A DNA stretch of 64,000 nt. It comes from Eledone cirrhosa (taxonomy: Eukaryota). This document shows, one piece after another, positions 37,701-50,729 of this stretch. The stretch lies in contig OZ024755.1 of the NCBI GenBank assembly GCA_964016885.1, forward strand, positions 27,590,001 to 27,654,000, written 5' to 3'. The notes under the pieces are model-generated. The model worked only from the letters and a program-made list of their open reading frames with translations. It was not told where the DNA came from and ran no database searches. A program made the translations under genes and the position numbers. Numbering within the stretch: the first letter of the stretch is position 1; each line of letters begins with the position of its first letter.

Positions 37701-40349
37701 GCCGGTAAGGTATTGTCATCCATTGAAAAGAAATATGGAGAGTCTATCATCCTGCTATGTATAGCCTAAAAACCTGCCAAACAAAGTGAGGAGTTTTCAG
37801 CTGTGTCAAAGACATGAAAACCTCCATAGTGCTGGTGGCATGGTAACATGTACTAATCAACAACATACAAATATTTAACAAGATAGAAGGGTTGATTGTT
37901 AAAGTACAGGCATGTATGTAAGCAAGATTCAGGTCCCTGACTCATCTGAGACTTGAGTACTGACTTAGTCTGTGACAATCCATCGAACCCTTGCTAGCAG
38001 TGAACACAGACATTAACGATGATGATGATATATACACATGTATGAATTGTGCACGATTTGGAAATCGGGAAGACTGGAGATCAGGGTAGTACTAAACGCA
38101 TGTGGCATAGTTCCCAAAAAAGGGTCCTCTCTGTTTTGATTGGACCTTCTGTTGGGACTACGCCACATATCTTTGTATAAGTGTGTATATGAATACCTGT
38201 TTGTCAGTCTCTGGGTCTTCAACTTGACACTATTTAAGAAAGCACTGATGTTTGTTTATGACCCACATACACAAAATGTCCCTCTGATTAGCTGTCAAGA
38301 TTTGAATCGTGTTGGTGGCGTGGCAGAGAAAACAGTGACGGTGGTGGTGGTAGCAGTAGTAGTGGTGGCGGTGGTTTCTTGCATTTTCACAAAGATTTCA
38401 AATTCACTTGGGAAATAGTATAATTGATTGAATTAATCCAAAGACAACAGACAACTGGTGGTGGTGGTGGAGGAGGGATGATCAGGACCTAGGGAGTAAT
38501 AGATGAAGGAAGTAAAGACCGATCTCTACTCTACTCTACTAAGTTATATTTGGTAGGTGCTCCAATGAGTAGCTGTTGTAATAATTGTTTCTACTTTAGG
38601 CACAAGGCCAGCAATTACCCAGTGCATTACTGGTACTTTATTTTATCGACCCCGTAAGGATGAAAGGCAAAGTCAACCTCAGCGGGATTTGAACTCAGAT
38701 CGTAAAGGGACGTAGCTGTTGTAATAATATACAAATAATAGACATACAGGGAGGAGGAGCAGTTAACCCGAATGGAATTTGAAATCCAAATATAATACAC
38801 ATAAGTGAATGCTCCAAAAGTCGAGCTAAGTTCTCAGCCATTCAGGTCTACAAACAAGTTTTGCTTGTTAATATATCTGATTTGATGCCCCAATTAGAAA
38901 TTGCCACACTTTATTTACTTTTCTTATACTTTTAGTAAGACATGAATTTGAAGAAACAATGATAAAGCATAGTGACTGTCTATGACCACAAGGTCATTGG
39001 GTTCAAACCCTCTAATATGGAGATTGGAAGTTGCAACATTCATGTAGGAAGATAAGAATTTTGTTAAATTTACATAAAACCTTACAATAACCAGTCACAA
39101 ATAATAACAATACATTTGCACTCACATATATGTGTGTGTGTAGGTGCATTTATACTGTGGGAACATAGCTATTAGACAATATATCTATATATTATAAATA
39201 AACAATGATATGTCCAAGCTGAAAGATTGTAGTAGTGAGAGTTACTGTATAAACAAGATGAAAAAAGCCTGTTAGACATATTTTGTGGAATAAATGTGGA
39301 ATATAAAGTAAACTAGCTTTACACAGACAGTTTAAACAAAGGGAAAATATACTTATACAGAAGGAAAATAAAGTCTTCATAAACTTGTTTGACAACAGAA
39401 TGCTTGTCAAAGTTATGATCCAACTGAGTATGGCTTCCATCTAGAATCCTATATGCACTACCCACGTTTGTTTGCATATGTGTGTAGCAGACCTTACTTT
39501 TAACCTCAAGCAGAATTTTGACATTTATAGCATAATGTTTCCTCCCTGATGTCAACATCCTATAAGAAGAGTAATCTATGTTCCTGCCCTCTCACCTCAT
39601 CATATGCACAGTTTATCACTTGATGGTGTATTATTTGTAAAGGGATGTAGTCAAGCTACTTCAGACATGCAAAATCTGGTTGGTACAACAAAGTACATTG
39701 AGATACAAAGAAAAAAGCAAAGTGGGAAAGACAATAAAGACTGTTGTTAATGGTTGGCAGAGGATTTAATATTCTTTAATAATCATTGCAAATGAGTAGA
39801 GCCATATTAACTATTTAAAGCATATGTGTATATAATGAAACGTCAATAAACTGGTTGTCTACATTCAATGAAAGACTGATACTTTTAACTCATTGAGAAA
39901 AGGTGTTTTAAATGTCTATGTTGACTTTATGAAAATATAGATCAGACTAAGAAAACAAAAATAAAACAGACAATAGAAGATTTCTTCCTTGGGATCAGTG
40001 TCTGTTTCGTAATGATATTGGATTATAGCCAACAGATTTGATTCCCTATTGTCTTTTAGGAAATTATTGTACTGATGTCAAAGGCATGAAATGCAGAATT
40101 TAATTTGGACTGTAATGCACAAAATAAGACACCCTGAAAAGAGGCACTGAAATGCCACTTAAAAAAAAATGTAAAAGGGTAGTCTCAGCAACTATCAATA
40201 AAACAAAGTAGCACCATGCCAACTGGAAGGAACCTTGGCCTATTTCCAAAGAACCAATATTTTGTGTCCCTTTACTGGCGCTGTATTGATCAGATACTTA
40301 TCACAAACTTAGTTCACTAAGCTATAAATTGGTACTTGTGGTATAGAAC

Positions 40350-41880
40350 ATTTTATCAAACGGCATTCCCTCAATGAACAAATTTTCCGGCAACTGTGCC
40401 AAGATAATGACGAAGAATTCGTCAAGTTGCTCCTTCATAATGAAGTGAGGTGGCTTTCAAAGAGCAAGTGCCTTACTCACTTCTTTGAACTGTTTGACTC
40501 TTATCATTGAGTTTCTGCGAGGACACAACACAGAACTGTACAAGAAAACCCTCGATGTGAGGCAAAACTGCGCCTACCTCACCGACATCATCGACAAATG
40601 CAATAGCGTCATTTTGGCTTTGCAGGGGAAGAAGATCACCTTGCTTAAAGCAAGGAATGCTGTGAAAACATTACTGGCCAAATTGAATGTCATCGAAAGG
40701 AATCTTTGTTGACGGGAATTCTATAATTTTCCTAGTGTTGCCAATGTTCAAAACATTGTAAGCGATGACCAACTCCAAATTTATACCGCTCACCTCCGTG
40801 CGCTACAAGACATGAGAGAACAGTTTGTCGACCTTTTGCCGATGGACATCCCAATGTGGGTAGCAGATCCCTTCACAGCTAACGTCGATGATTTGGACGT
40901 TATATTTCAGGAAGAATTCATTGAACTTCAAGCAGATGACATGATCAAAATTAGATTTCCCCAAATAGGTGAACCCCTTTTTTGGATGCAAGAGGAAATT
41001 CAGCGTCGATTTCTACACCTACATGCAGAGGCTAAGAGATTTGCTCTGCCTTTTCCAAGCTCATACTTAGTCAAGAGGAGGTTTGGTGCCGTTTCCAGAC
41101 TGCACAGTAAGGCTCGCAACCGCTACAATGTACTTACATGTGGAGATCTCCGGCTACATCTTACGAAAATCCAGCCTGACATCAAAGAGTTAGCTAGACT
41201 CCATAAAGTTCAAGGGTCCCATTGAAATGAGGTCAAAGTTAAAGTAAGTTGATTTATCCGAAAACTTAGATATGCTATTGTTACAAAGCAAACTAACAAT
41301 TTTTTTTATTTGTAGTTGCAGTCTGACTGGACTGGAAACCATCTACTACAATTCACTTACTCATTTGTTGTATATATTTTACCATTTACTAATAAATATA
41401 CCCTCCCATGTGAAAAGCCTCTTCCGTGGTCTCTAAGCTCACAAAGCAGAGGGACATCAAGTTAGATATCAACATTTATTCTGTCTGTTTCATTAAAGGG
41501 AAAATTGGAAAGCTTTGAAATGATATAATTGCCACTTTCTTCCAGATAAGAGCACTCTTTGGATAGACAGAGTTGCTCTTGTATAAATGTTCAAAATATA
41601 GTTGGTATCGCCTGGTGGGAATATAACAAATTCAACTGGTCCTTATTCATAAAAAAGAACATTTATGTTCCTTTTTTTGAAATTTATATATTTCCTTTCA
41701 AGGAATGTATTTATAATTTATACTCTCAGCTGCCTGCAATGATATCTTTGGAATATTGTTAATCAATTTTTTAGTAATCTACAGATATCAATCAGTAGTA
41801 TATTGAAAAATGGAAAAATAGGGTAGGGGGCGTTTCGTGATTTCGAGGGACAAATGGCCTAAATGGGTTGAGAACCTGTG
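40350..41880 (+). mobile_element. Decayed hAT (Charlie/Buster, ZBED5/SCAND3-like) transposon, 3' half
   Basis: Frameshifted transposase: LNEQIFRQLCQDNDEEFVKLLLHNEVRWLSK...LPFPSSYLVKRRFGAVSRLHSKARNR...GDLRLHLTKIQPDIKEL...QGSH*. Right end ggttgagaacctgtg followed by acctagag. Confidence 0.85.
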
Positions 41881-42128
41881 ACCTAGAGCAAAGGTTCTCT
41901 AAGCATTTCGCCAGATGTGCTAACAATTCCACCAGCTCACCACCTTATTTTCACCAGTTATAATGGAATCTAAAATATTGGTTCTACCACGGGCGATACA
42001 AAAGTAGTTCGCGGGCCGCATGTTTGAGCCCCCTGTTGGAGAGAGATAGATAGACGTGTACCAAACACACACACACACATTTCTTACTCTCTCTGTCTCT
42101 CCCTCTCTCTATATATATACATATATAT

Positions 42129-42663
42129 ATGGAAGAAGTTTAGGGAGCTGCTTCTTCTGTTCACAAAGAAAGGTTTCTCCCTGCGTATGAAAGGACGGTT
42201 ATTTGATGCCTGTGTGAGATGCGCGATGCTGGATGGTAGTGAGACATGAGCAGCAACTGCAGAAAATATGCCACGGCTGGAGAGAAATGAAGCAAGTATG
42301 CTCCGTTTGATGTGCAATGCCAATGTGCGTGAACGACCAAGCATAGACGAGTTGAGAAAGAAACTGGGTATAAGAGGGATAAGTTGTGGTGTGCAGGAGA
42401 GAAGGCTGAGATGGTATGGACATGTGATGCGCATGGAGGATGGCCGATGGATGAAGAAGTGCCAAGAAGTCCCAATGGAGGGAAGACACAGTAGAGGTAG
42501 ATCACGAAAAACATGGGCGGAGGTGGTGAGAGCAGACCTCAGATCGCTGAAACTCACCGAGGAGATGACGAAGGACCGTGACAAGTGGAGAGATGCTCTG
42601 CTGAATAGGACCCATCCAACCCTTGCAAGCAGGGAAAAGCGGACGTAAAATGATGATGATGAT
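42129..42663 (+). mobile_element. RTE LINE 3' end, short-UTR subfamily
   Basis: RLERNEASMLR...RRLRWYGHVMRM...RGRSRKTWAEVVRADL...REKRT*, followed at once by (GAT)n. Confidence 0.9.
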
Positions 42664-45105
42664 ATATATATATATGGTGTTGTTATTTGATGTTGAAAAG
42701 AGCAGTGTCCTTTGACCCGGCAATAAAAACTGGAGCCAAAATTCTTTCTGTACCAAAAAAACAAGGCACAAAACAGACACACACACGTTTGTTTGTGTGA
42801 TAGTGTGTGTGTGTGCATGTGTATCTATCTATGTATATATATATATATATATAAGGGATACAGATATTGTTTGTTCAGTGTCAACAAGCATCTCAATTCA
42901 TTCGTTGCAACTTAGTTTGTGATCGAGGCACTTTATAGGATGGTTATGGATGTTGTTGTTGTTACAGCTCACACCTATGCAGGTTTAGCTGGCCTCCTCC
43001 AAGGTATATCTCGTTGGAGGTGTTTTGGGTGATTTAATGATAGGGACCCCAGTCCTATTATCTCATTTCTACAGCTGAGTAAAATGGAGCAACGTGAAAT
43101 AAAGTGTCTTGCTCAAGGAAACAACACATCACTCGGTCCGAGAATTGAACTCACAACCTTTCGATTGCAAACCCAATGCTCTAACCACTAAGCCATGCGC
43201 CTTCACATGGTTATGGATGGAATACCTTTATAAAATTGCTCAATCAAGGCTGACCAGAGTCCACAAAACATTTTGTTTTCTGATGATGGCGATAATGATG
43301 TCTTTCTTCATATATGGAGGTACTTGGTCCTCAATTTTTATGTTCAAGATAAAATTTTGCAGGTATCAACATTGCTTGTTATCCATATAAAGGTCAATGA
43401 AAAATGTATCTGAAATACTTGGAGATTGATCAAAACTCATTTGGTGACATTTCTTTTACAATTATTTTCACTTTAACTCTTTAGCATTTAAACTGGCCAT
43501 ATCCGACCAGAATTCTTCCACTTCTTTCTGTTCAAACCGGCCATAACTGGCTGCTCATATTTATGTTAAGGCATTTTCCTCAAAATAAATAATATCAAAA
43601 TCTCGTAGATTCAATATTATGTGAGATGATGGTGATGATGATAAAAACGTAAGCAGGAATGGTGCAAGTATATTACCTTACAAGATGCCCATGCTGATGT
43701 CAAAGCAATTGGTGTCTTTGTCAGGTGGTTGTACTTTTAGCTCTTCTATTTTTGTAGAGCATCATAATTGCTGTTATTGTTTCCATGTGTAAGAAGTATT
43801 TGTTCCATTTTACATTGGTGGACAGAGCCGAAGGTTTTTAAGAAGTCCACAAACATAAGCCTTCAATCCCTCAATGTTCCTTCTGAGTGTTAAGATCTGT
43901 TCAACAGTAGATCAATTTTCCTGAAACCATTTTACCTTTATGCAAGACTGTCTCCATTTCTCTCTGTACAACGATTTGTTGTAATTTTTTGTAGATATGG
44001 GTAAACCCCTTTGTAATTTTTAATCAAGTCTAAATTATTTTACTAGGGAAGTGAAAGAATACAACCTTCTGTCTGCTTTTCAATTGGGCTGTGATTGTAT
44101 CCATACCATGATATCCATGGCCCTTAACTTTTGATAGAGTGTAGGGTCGGTGTCTTAGGCATTTATACCTAGCAGAACTCTCTCTATTCAGATTTGAGTA
44201 CAGTCATAGAGGTACTGTCTTAGGCATATTTACCTGGCAGAGCTGATCTCTATCCAAGTTTGTGTGAGCGAGAGAGGAAGTGAAGAAGAGAGAGAAAGGA
44301 ACTGGTATATTAAAACTATACAAACAGATAAAAGGGATGGCTGCTTTTTGTCATGACACCTACACGACCATTTTACAGTGTGGGCTGTATGCTTTTTGTT
44401 GTGATATCTAGACCACTTTACACTGTGGGCTAGGCGTTTTTTTGTTGTGTCACCATCACGACTACTTTACAGTGGGCTGGGGGCTTGTACTGCCCTCATG
44501 GGAGATGTATGGGAGCGTGGGGTGGTGCATACTGTATATATGTTTCAGCATGGCCTGTGCCGAGTCAGGTCTTCTGTATGTATATTTACATCATATTATT
44601 GTTGCTATAGTAAAATACCTGTCAACAGAAAAATAAGAGGAGTTATCTTCTGGTGAGTAGTCATAAATTTCCAAAATACTTGAAAGTTATCTCTTATGTT
44701 ACAGATAAATAGTTGAAAGGATTTACAATTATTTTTTTTCACAGTGAAGGTTATTAATTCAAAAGTTGTAGTTATATCTACATCCAATTTACTGTATATA
44801 TATATTGGCAAAGTCTTTAAGACATCGGATAGAATGTCTTACGGTATTTGCCCCACCTCATTGTACGCTCTGAGTTAAAATCCTGCAGGGGTCAACTTTG
44901 CCTTTCATCCTTTCAAAGTCGATAAAAAAGTACCAGTCCAGTACTGGGGTCGATTCTTCCTTTATAGAAAATAATCGGCTGTGTTCAGACCTGGAGAAGG
45001 TTTGGCTCTGCCAGGTTTAAAAGAGCCCTAGATATGCTGTATGACGGTGCCTCTATGAATCCACAAGGGGTAATGGGATCTTTATCTTTTTATATGTGCA
45101 AGACA

Positions 45106-45143
<38 letters not shown>

Positions 45144-45554
45144 CCATTTTATTTAACAGTATCTTTTCTTGAAGGTTATATACAGAAACTAATTTGTGTT
45201 TACCTTTGTCCATCTGGAAAGTTCACTTTAATAGAACCCTCAAATACGTATGTGGGCATTAGAGTTGGAAATAAAAAAAGGAAAAGATCTCATCAGATTC
45301 ACCAGATACATTGCATATATACAAGCTGACTTGTGTATATCATCATCATCATCATCGTTTAACGTCTATCTTCTACACTAGCATATATATATATATATAT
45401 ATATATACACCTACTTAGCACAGTTTTCTTTTGACCAGTTTAATCAACATCTCTTGGACTATTGCTATCTTAAGAATTTACCTGGATTCCCTTCCTCATA
45501 GCTACTTACATCCATCTCTCTTGAATCATACATTACACCATTCTTTTACAACCA

Positions 45555-46027
45555 CACAAACAGTAATTGTGCCAACTCTTACCTATGGTCAGGAATCTTG
45601 GGTAATCACTGAAAGAATCTGATTGCGAATACAAGCGGCCAAAATGGGGTTCACCCAAAGGGTCTTTGGAGTAATGTTACTAGATAGAGTGCATAGCTTA
45701 GAGACCAGAAAGTCACTCCTGGTAGAGCTGCTACTTCTCCGAATTGAGAGATCACAGCTCTGATATTACATGGACATGTGGTTAGAATGTCTCAAGAAAG
45801 AATTGCTTGACAGATTTTACGGGCAAAACCAATCGGCAGGGGAACTAAGGTAGACCCCGGACAAGATGGTTGGATAACATCCATGAGCCTGGCTGGTCAC
45901 CCTTGGGGATCCAGCCAGATCAGTTGGAGATGGTTGCTTCTGACAGGAACCACTGGAGAAGGAGTGTTTGAGGACTCTGTCCCCCCCACATCTCACGATC
46001 CTCTCAGGAATAAGTGGGCGAAGAAGA
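45555..46027 (+). mobile_element. 3' end of a third RTE-like LINE family with an (AAG)n tail. Copies at about 11660-11905(+) and 30215-30490(-)
   Basis: VPTLTYGQESWV, YYGHVVRMSQER, GRRPRARWLDNI; shared tail caggaataagtgggcgaagaaga. Confidence 0.85.
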
Positions 46028-46581
46028 CAAATGTGTACACTGAATGACACACACTCCAAATGCCATGTATATTATACACACATGTAGACTGACATGCACT
46101 GTGAACAATTGGATGCACCTCAACTGCACTAACACACCAGCACCATTAATTGACCCAGACAGTTTGTCACCAAAACTGCATACACATTTTCATTCAGGGA
46201 AACATAGACAACTCCACCCTTCCTAACCTCTTCCTTCTCCCTCTTGTTTATTTCCTGATGAAGGACAAACATCTGATATGTTAAAAACACTTCTTTTTCC
46301 ATTTCATACTTAATAATTCTTTATGTCATTGTTCTCTGTGTTTGTTTCTAGTGTTGTTCTCTGTTGACCTTGCACTATATATGTAAACATCACATGATTA
46401 GAAGCTGGCAATGGAAGTTGAATTGAATTAATAACTTTGTCGTTATTTTTTGATGACAGAAAATAATCAAATAATAGAGTGTACAAACCCCTAGAATGAA
46501 AACAATGGGTATTAGAGTGTGTGGGAATCGAATCCACATTTCATATTTGTAGTGTCTAAATTCAAAGGAGAAAAACTGGTG

Positions 46582-46654
46582 GGTGTGTTAGTGTAATTGG
46601 TTAGCACACCTATCATGAAAATAAGAGATGTGGGTTCGATTCCCACATACACTA
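46582..46654 (+). pseudogene. tRNA-like cloverleaf (pseudogene or SINE head)
   Basis: Acceptor stem ggtgtgt/atacact; A box TAGTGTAATTGG; T arm gtggg-ttcgatt-cccac; imperfect anticodon arm with the non-canonical loop catgaaa. Confidence 0.55.
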
Positions 46655-49222
46655 ATGCCCATATTTTCCAATGTAGGGGCTTATACACTGTCATTACTAG
46701 ATGGTTTTCTGTAGTCAAAACATGGCAACTTTACTAATTTAATTCAATTCCTTGGTCTTCCTCCGCTGTGGCCTCTCTCCACTGGGATTACTTGGCACTC
46801 CTTCACCCAGCAATCATCAACCATGCACATCACATGTCCATACCAACACTGATTCCTCTTCTGCATCTCTTCTACCCAGTTTCACCCTCATTTCATCCAT
46901 GCTTTGCTTTACACGCATATTAACATTGCACATCCATCAAAGCATGCTTACCTCATATTAATACAGGCTTAACATGTCCTCTTTGTTCACTGCCCATGTC
47001 TCACTACAGCATGGCACTTCGCACACAAGTGTCATACAGCTGATTTTTCATTCATAAGAAACCTTTTGTTGTTAGCAGGGCTAGCAGTTCCCTAAACCTC
47101 TTCCATCATGTCCTTATTCTAGCTACAATGCTCTGCTAATTATATCACCCAGGTAGCAGAAACTATCAACCAACCACTTCTATAAATACATCCTGGGACT
47201 GGAAAAAGTTTATATTATTTATTTAATTATTATTAGCACTCAATTAACCCTAAACATCTACGACATACAAAGCCTTCCTTTCCTGTTTGTCTGTTATCCC
47301 ACTACACCCAAAATTTGCATTGTGTACACCATATAGAGTTTATGCCTACTCATTCATATATATATATATATAGGCACACACACACACACACATATATATA
47401 TATAGGCACACACACATACACACATATATATAGGCACACACACACACACATATATGTGTGTGTGTGCTGAGTATGTGAAATAAAATCCTATGAATTTGAA
47501 GAGATATATCATTTCGAACACTATTGTCAATGACACTCATTAGTTTTTCTTTTTAATTAGTTTCATGTTTAATCGAAAAGAACATTTATTAAAATATCTG
47601 TTTCGAAAGATTTATTTATTTATTTATTTGTGACAACCTGTGTTATAACTGATATTGTATTTTGGGAGGGTCATTTTAGAAATTCAAAATACAGACAGAT
47701 TGTGTTTCACTTTTTTTTTTATTGTCAACTAACTTCTTCAGTTTGTCAAATTATTTATCACGCTAATGTGACCTTGTTACCGACCACATATTAGCAGTGA
47801 GACGAAACGTTTGACAAACTCATTAAGAAGTTAGTAAACAGTATATAAGTAAACTACAACCAGGCTGTGTTTTTTAACTGGCAAAATGTCCTTCGCAACA
47901 GTCATAGACTAATGTGCCAATATATAACGAAAGATCGCCACTGATTTTGACTATAAGTAAAAGTTCAACAAAATAAAAATCAACACATTGAAACCTAATG
48001 GTTTCAATTGTGGTGTGTATGTTTTTAAGTGACCGGGGCCTGCAAAACTGGTTTCGATCCCTAGCTGAAATCGAAACCTGAAGTGCAGAATGTGGTATAC
48101 ATTTCTGTTTCTAGTTCAAGAGTGATCATAAGGAAAAAACGAAAACGGGGGGAAAAAAAAAATACTAAACGTGTTGAGCAGAACCTAATGTTGAAGTAGG
48201 GCGATTCAAAATAAACATGAAAACGTGTAAACAAGATACGTATTTTTGTATGAAAACGAGGTTATAGCAGTAGTGGATAGAGTCGGAGTCGTTGTACTGA
48301 GATCGTTGAAGCAATATAGTTCAATCTTTAAACCTAAACCTAAACTAGCAAATCCATCTCTTAGTTTAGATTCTAAAGATTTCACGATAAACTTTTCGAA
48401 TTAGCAAGAGACTTGTTTGTGTGTAGGAGGTAGTGAAAATGAATGCATATGTTGCTATGTGTAGCAACTGGGTGTGCTAGAAAGGAGAAAAAAAAACAAG
48501 ACATATTTATATATAGATAAGAACACGCAAGATGGTCGCTGCTAAGGGAGAAACTGGAGAGTAGATTGCGTAGATTAATAAGGGCTTTTGATATATAAAT
48601 GGGATTAAGGCTGAATCGATCGTTTCGGTGAAGAAGAAAACAAAAAGCAAAATAATAAACAAAAACACGTTTAGACCACCGACTAAAGCATGTGATGGCA
48701 AGGTTAGCTGTAAATGAATCATTGGATAATGCTGTGTGGGAGAGAGAAATATTAAACAAAACAGGAAAAAGTTTGCGTGCCTTAATGCTGTGTGTCAATA
48801 ATATATATAAAGAGAGATAGAAAAAGCACGGCAAAAGACTAACTTTTCTAAAACGTGGTTTCTATTAAGTAACAGCAGCTCTGAAAAAAAAAGAGTAATG
48901 TATCCAACATTAAAGTATTGAACCATTTCACTAAAAGATATTGACAACTCCAGCATGTCAATTTTGACGACTTTTGGAGCCATTTAGTGAAGAATAAGTT
49001 AATATCGAGTACTAACATTGGCACAGATCAGAAATCGATCGCTAGTACTTGAACGGTACTTATGTCCACAGAAGAGTAAAAAGCAAATTCGATCTCAGTC
49101 TGGTTCGAACTTGAAACGTGAAAGGAGACAAATAAAAAGCTGAGTTATACCGGCACAGATGATAAAAAGGAAATTGGCTTGGTGTTAATAAAATTCAACC
49201 GCGTCAAAGATACTCACATGAT

Positions 49223-49281
<59 letters not shown>

Positions 49282-49549
49282 GCTTTATCTCCGGCGAAAA
49301 TGAAATTATAGATAATGTTTAAAAGGAAGGTTAGTGACTTGAAATATATCTGACATTAGTTTGTGTTTATTAACTATATGTGTATCCATTGTTGATGCTC
49401 GTAAACTTAAAGAGTGAGCTAGTGTCCAGGAAAGAATGTGTAAATTATGAGCAAGAAGTAGAAAATACAATGAGGAAAAGAGATGGATTAAGTTAGAGTT
49501 TGAAATAAATTATGAACATGTTTTTAAGGTTCTCGGTTATTAAACTTAC

Positions 49550-49789
49550 CTTCCGTTTGGCATCGGGACTGTAATAAACCATAACTAGAGTAGTCATAAT
49601 GTTCAAGACAAGACCAGTGGCCGTAATAGCGTTAGGGGCCCACCAGCGGGGCACTTGCTCAACTAGCCATTTCCAAAATTTCTGCATGACCGGTTCAAGA
49701 AGGGATGACCCTTCAGCTTTGTACTGATGTTCTGACAATCGTCGGAGTTGATTATTCGTTAGAATCTCTTTACTCTTGCTGCTAACCAT
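49550..49789 (-). CDS. CEPT1: Choline/ethanolamine phosphotransferase (CEPT1/CHPT1-like), coding exon 1 (240 nt)
   Basis: ATG at 49789. Encodes MVSSK...[45 protein letters not shown]...YYSPDAKRK, the typical CEPT/CHPT N-terminus. Donor AAG|GTAAGT, phase 0. Confidence 0.95.
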
Positions 49790-50537
49790 GGTTGCAGATT
49801 TTTAAGGAACAGTAATATGTATGTATAGTTTTAGTTTATCACTTAGTAGAATTCTTTACCTTGAATCTTTACATAAAAAAATTGTTAGGGAGCAGCGTCC
49901 AATGTGTTATATATATATATAAATATCTATAATATATAAATATATAATTGCATATATTTATCTAAATAATACAATAACAAATGTGTTAGCAATAGTTATC
50001 GGTCGATCGGGAAAATTCGTAAGTTCTTTGTAAAAGCAAGCTTGTTCTTTTCTCTTCGTATTGTTGCTTTTCCAATTTCATACATTTGTGTGACTGTGTT
50101 TATGTTTGTAAAGATTTCCTTTTTTTTAATATCAAAACTTCTATTTCTCTTCTTTAAGCCATGAATACTCTTTTTTTAACCTCATATCTTTGAATGACTA
50201 TTTTTTTTTACAAGAGGATGCAAAGCCAGACTTCAGATTTGTTTTTTCAGAGTAGTTATCAACTGAGGAAAAACGAAAATATGAAGCTAGTAATGAAGAT
50301 AAGCTGAAAGACACATGAAAGAACAAGACATAAACAAAGCGTAATCGAATGTAAAAAAAAATAAAAGTTTCGCCCTCCCCTTAACACGGTCGCCCTATCG
50401 TAGCTGTGTGAATAATCCGACTATGACCGATTTGTCTTTTTCCACGAAAGCACTACATAACTCAGGCGTTCGTCCGAGTTGCAGTAACACAGCGTTACCT
50501 CCCTTGATTTCTTCACTCCACACACAAAGGTGGCTGG

Positions 50538-50729
50538 TCACTATTACTACTACCACTACTGCTGCTGCTGCTACTACTACTACCACTACTACCACTGCTG
50601 CTGCTGTTGCTACTACTACTACTACCACTGCGCCGCCGCCACCACCACCATTACTACTACTACTACTACTACTACTACCGCCTCCGCCGCCACCACCACC
50701 ATCACTACTACTACTACTGCCGCCGCCGC
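50538..50729. repeat. Mosaic trinucleotide repeat (ACT/ACC/GCT/GCC)n upstream of the gene
   Basis: Read directly from the sequence. Confidence 0.95.

Noticed and set aside
40812-41225. Domesticated ZBED/SCAND3-like gene
   Set aside because: The upstream transposase part has frameshifts and a stop, the N-terminus is missing, and a transposon end remains.
48382-48834. 150-aa minus-strand ORF in intron 1
   Set aside because: Non-ATG start, T-rich compositional bias and no recognisable domain.
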